This document shows positions 63,189-64,000 of a DNA stretch of 64,000 nucleotides, one piece after another. Every line of letters begins with the position of its first letter. The stretch's first letter is position 1. The stretch covers positions 20,806 through 84,805 of the forward strand of contig CAZDOW010000001.1 of NCBI GenBank assembly GCA_964507115.1, written 5' to 3'. The notes beneath the pieces were generated by a model that saw only the letters and a list, made by a program, of their open reading frames with translations, ran no database searches and was not told the DNA's origin. A program made the translations under genes and the position numbers. The DNA comes from an uncultured Maribacter sp. (GTDB lineage Bacteria > Bacteroidota > Bacteroidia > Flavobacteriales > Flavobacteriaceae).

Positions 63189-63995
63189 TTAAAATTTTTC
63201 TATTACCTCTTGACTAACTCCCGTATTTGAAAACCCGCCATCATGGAAGAGGTTTTGCATGGTTACCTTTCGTGTTAAGTCAGAAAACAAAGTCATGGTA
63301 TAATCTGCACAATCTTGAGCAGAAGCGTTTCCTAACGGAGACATTTTTTCAGCATAACTAATAAAACCGTCAAATCCTTTTACCCCTTGTCCTGCAGTGG
63401 TAGGCGTTGGCGATTGTGAAATGGTGTTTACGCGAACATTTTTTTCTTTTCCAAAGAAGTAACCAAAACTACGTGCTACGGATTCCAAATATGCTTTATT
63501 ATCTGCCATATCATTATAATCCGGAAATACACGTTGTGCTGCCATATAGGTTAGGGCTACTATACTTCCCCACTCCTTCATAGCATCTGCTTTATACAAG
63601 GATTGCATTACCTTATGAAAGGACAATGCAGAAACATCCCATCCCTTTGTAGTGAAATCATATTTTTCATCGGTATACGCTCTCCCTTTTCTTACGTTTA
63701 CAGACATTCCAATAGAATGTAGTACAAAATCTAATTTACCTCCAAGAATCTCTTGAGCCTTGGCTATTAAATTTTCCAAATCCTCAACACTTGTGGCGTC
63801 AGCAGGTATTATTTGAGAACCCGTTTTTTCGGCCAACTCATTAATCTGACCCATTCTCATGGCAATAGGAGCATTTGTTAAAACAAATGTACCGCCTTCT
63901 GCGTGTACGCTTAATGCTGTTTTCCAAGCAATTGATTTTTCATCCAATGCTCCAAATATAATTCCTCTTTTACCTTTTAATAAGTTATATGCCAT
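63189..63995 (-). CDS. fabI: Enoyl-[acyl-carrier-protein] reductase (NADH)
   Basis: LKGKRGIIFG......SIAW, HSIG, and Y-x6-K (YNDMADNKAYLES region). Typical FabI length. Confidence 0.85.
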   Translation of the reverse strand: MAYNLLKGKRGIIFGALDEKSIAWKTALSVHAEGGTFVLTNAPIAMRMGQINELAEKTGSQIIPADATSVEDLENLIAKAQEILGGKLDFVLHSIGMSVNVRKGRAYTDEKYDFTTKGWDVSALSFHKVMQSLYKADAMKEWGSIVALTYMAAQRVFPDYNDMADNKAYLESVARSFGYFFGKEKNVRVNTISQSPTPTTAGQGVKGFDGFISYAEKMSPLGNASAQDCADYTMTLFSDLTRKVTMQNLFHDGGFSNTGVSQEVIEKF

Positions 63996-64000
63996 GATGC

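Noticed and set aside
1-64000. Scan of the whole window for CRISPR arrays, rRNA/tRNA/tmRNA/RNase P genes, transposases, integrases and phage genes.
   Set aside because: I recognised none: no regularly spaced repeats, no conserved RNA signatures beyond the false T-loop above, and no IS-like terminal inverted repeats with an internal transposase ORF. The scan was visual only, so short or divergent elements may have been missed.

Overview
This 64-kb window reads as a gene-dense chromosomal segment of a Flavobacteriia (Bacteroidota) genome. Evidence: a PorP/SprF type IX secretion protein, a CarboxypepD_reg-type TonB-dependent receptor, many signal peptides ending ...AQ, TAnnTTTG -7 promoter boxes, and no Shine-Dalgarno sequences. 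I call about 60 CDS. They are mostly housekeeping or periplasmic functions: secreted peptidases, sdaA, a heavy-metal RND operon, nudK, menB, smpB, pcm, miaA, gntK, coaE, fabI, a two-component system and a peptidoglycan-turnover cluster. I found no rRNA, tRNA, CRISPR array, transposase or integrase, and no convincing defence island.

The points most worth a second look are:
- A single ORF (13440-17771) fuses a CzcA-type RND pump to a TolC/CzcC-type outer-membrane factor through an internal signal-peptide-like segment. A His-rich secreted mini-protein precedes it.
- A 1.07-kb AT-rich stretch (32055-33123) has no ORF of 60 aa or more. It lies between a Lys-rich cold-shock-domain gene and a GntR regulator. 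It is bracketed by a 12-nt direct repeat and contains a terminator-like hairpin and a perfect 16-bp GntR-type palindrome.
- A PorP/SprF barrel is fused to a long charged linker and a SPOR-like domain.
- A DnaQ-exonuclease/GIY-YIG (Cho-like) fusion is coupled by a GTGA overlap to a Kv-type K+ channel that ends in a CxxC...CxxC zinc ribbon.
- Smaller oddities: a stand-alone degenerate half DEAD-box protein, an SDR with an N-terminal zinc ribbon and no catalytic Tyr, an XdhC-MocA pair with no molybdoenzyme nearby, and a perfect 24-bp hairpin between convergent genes.

All functional calls rest on motif and family recognition by eye. No database search was run.
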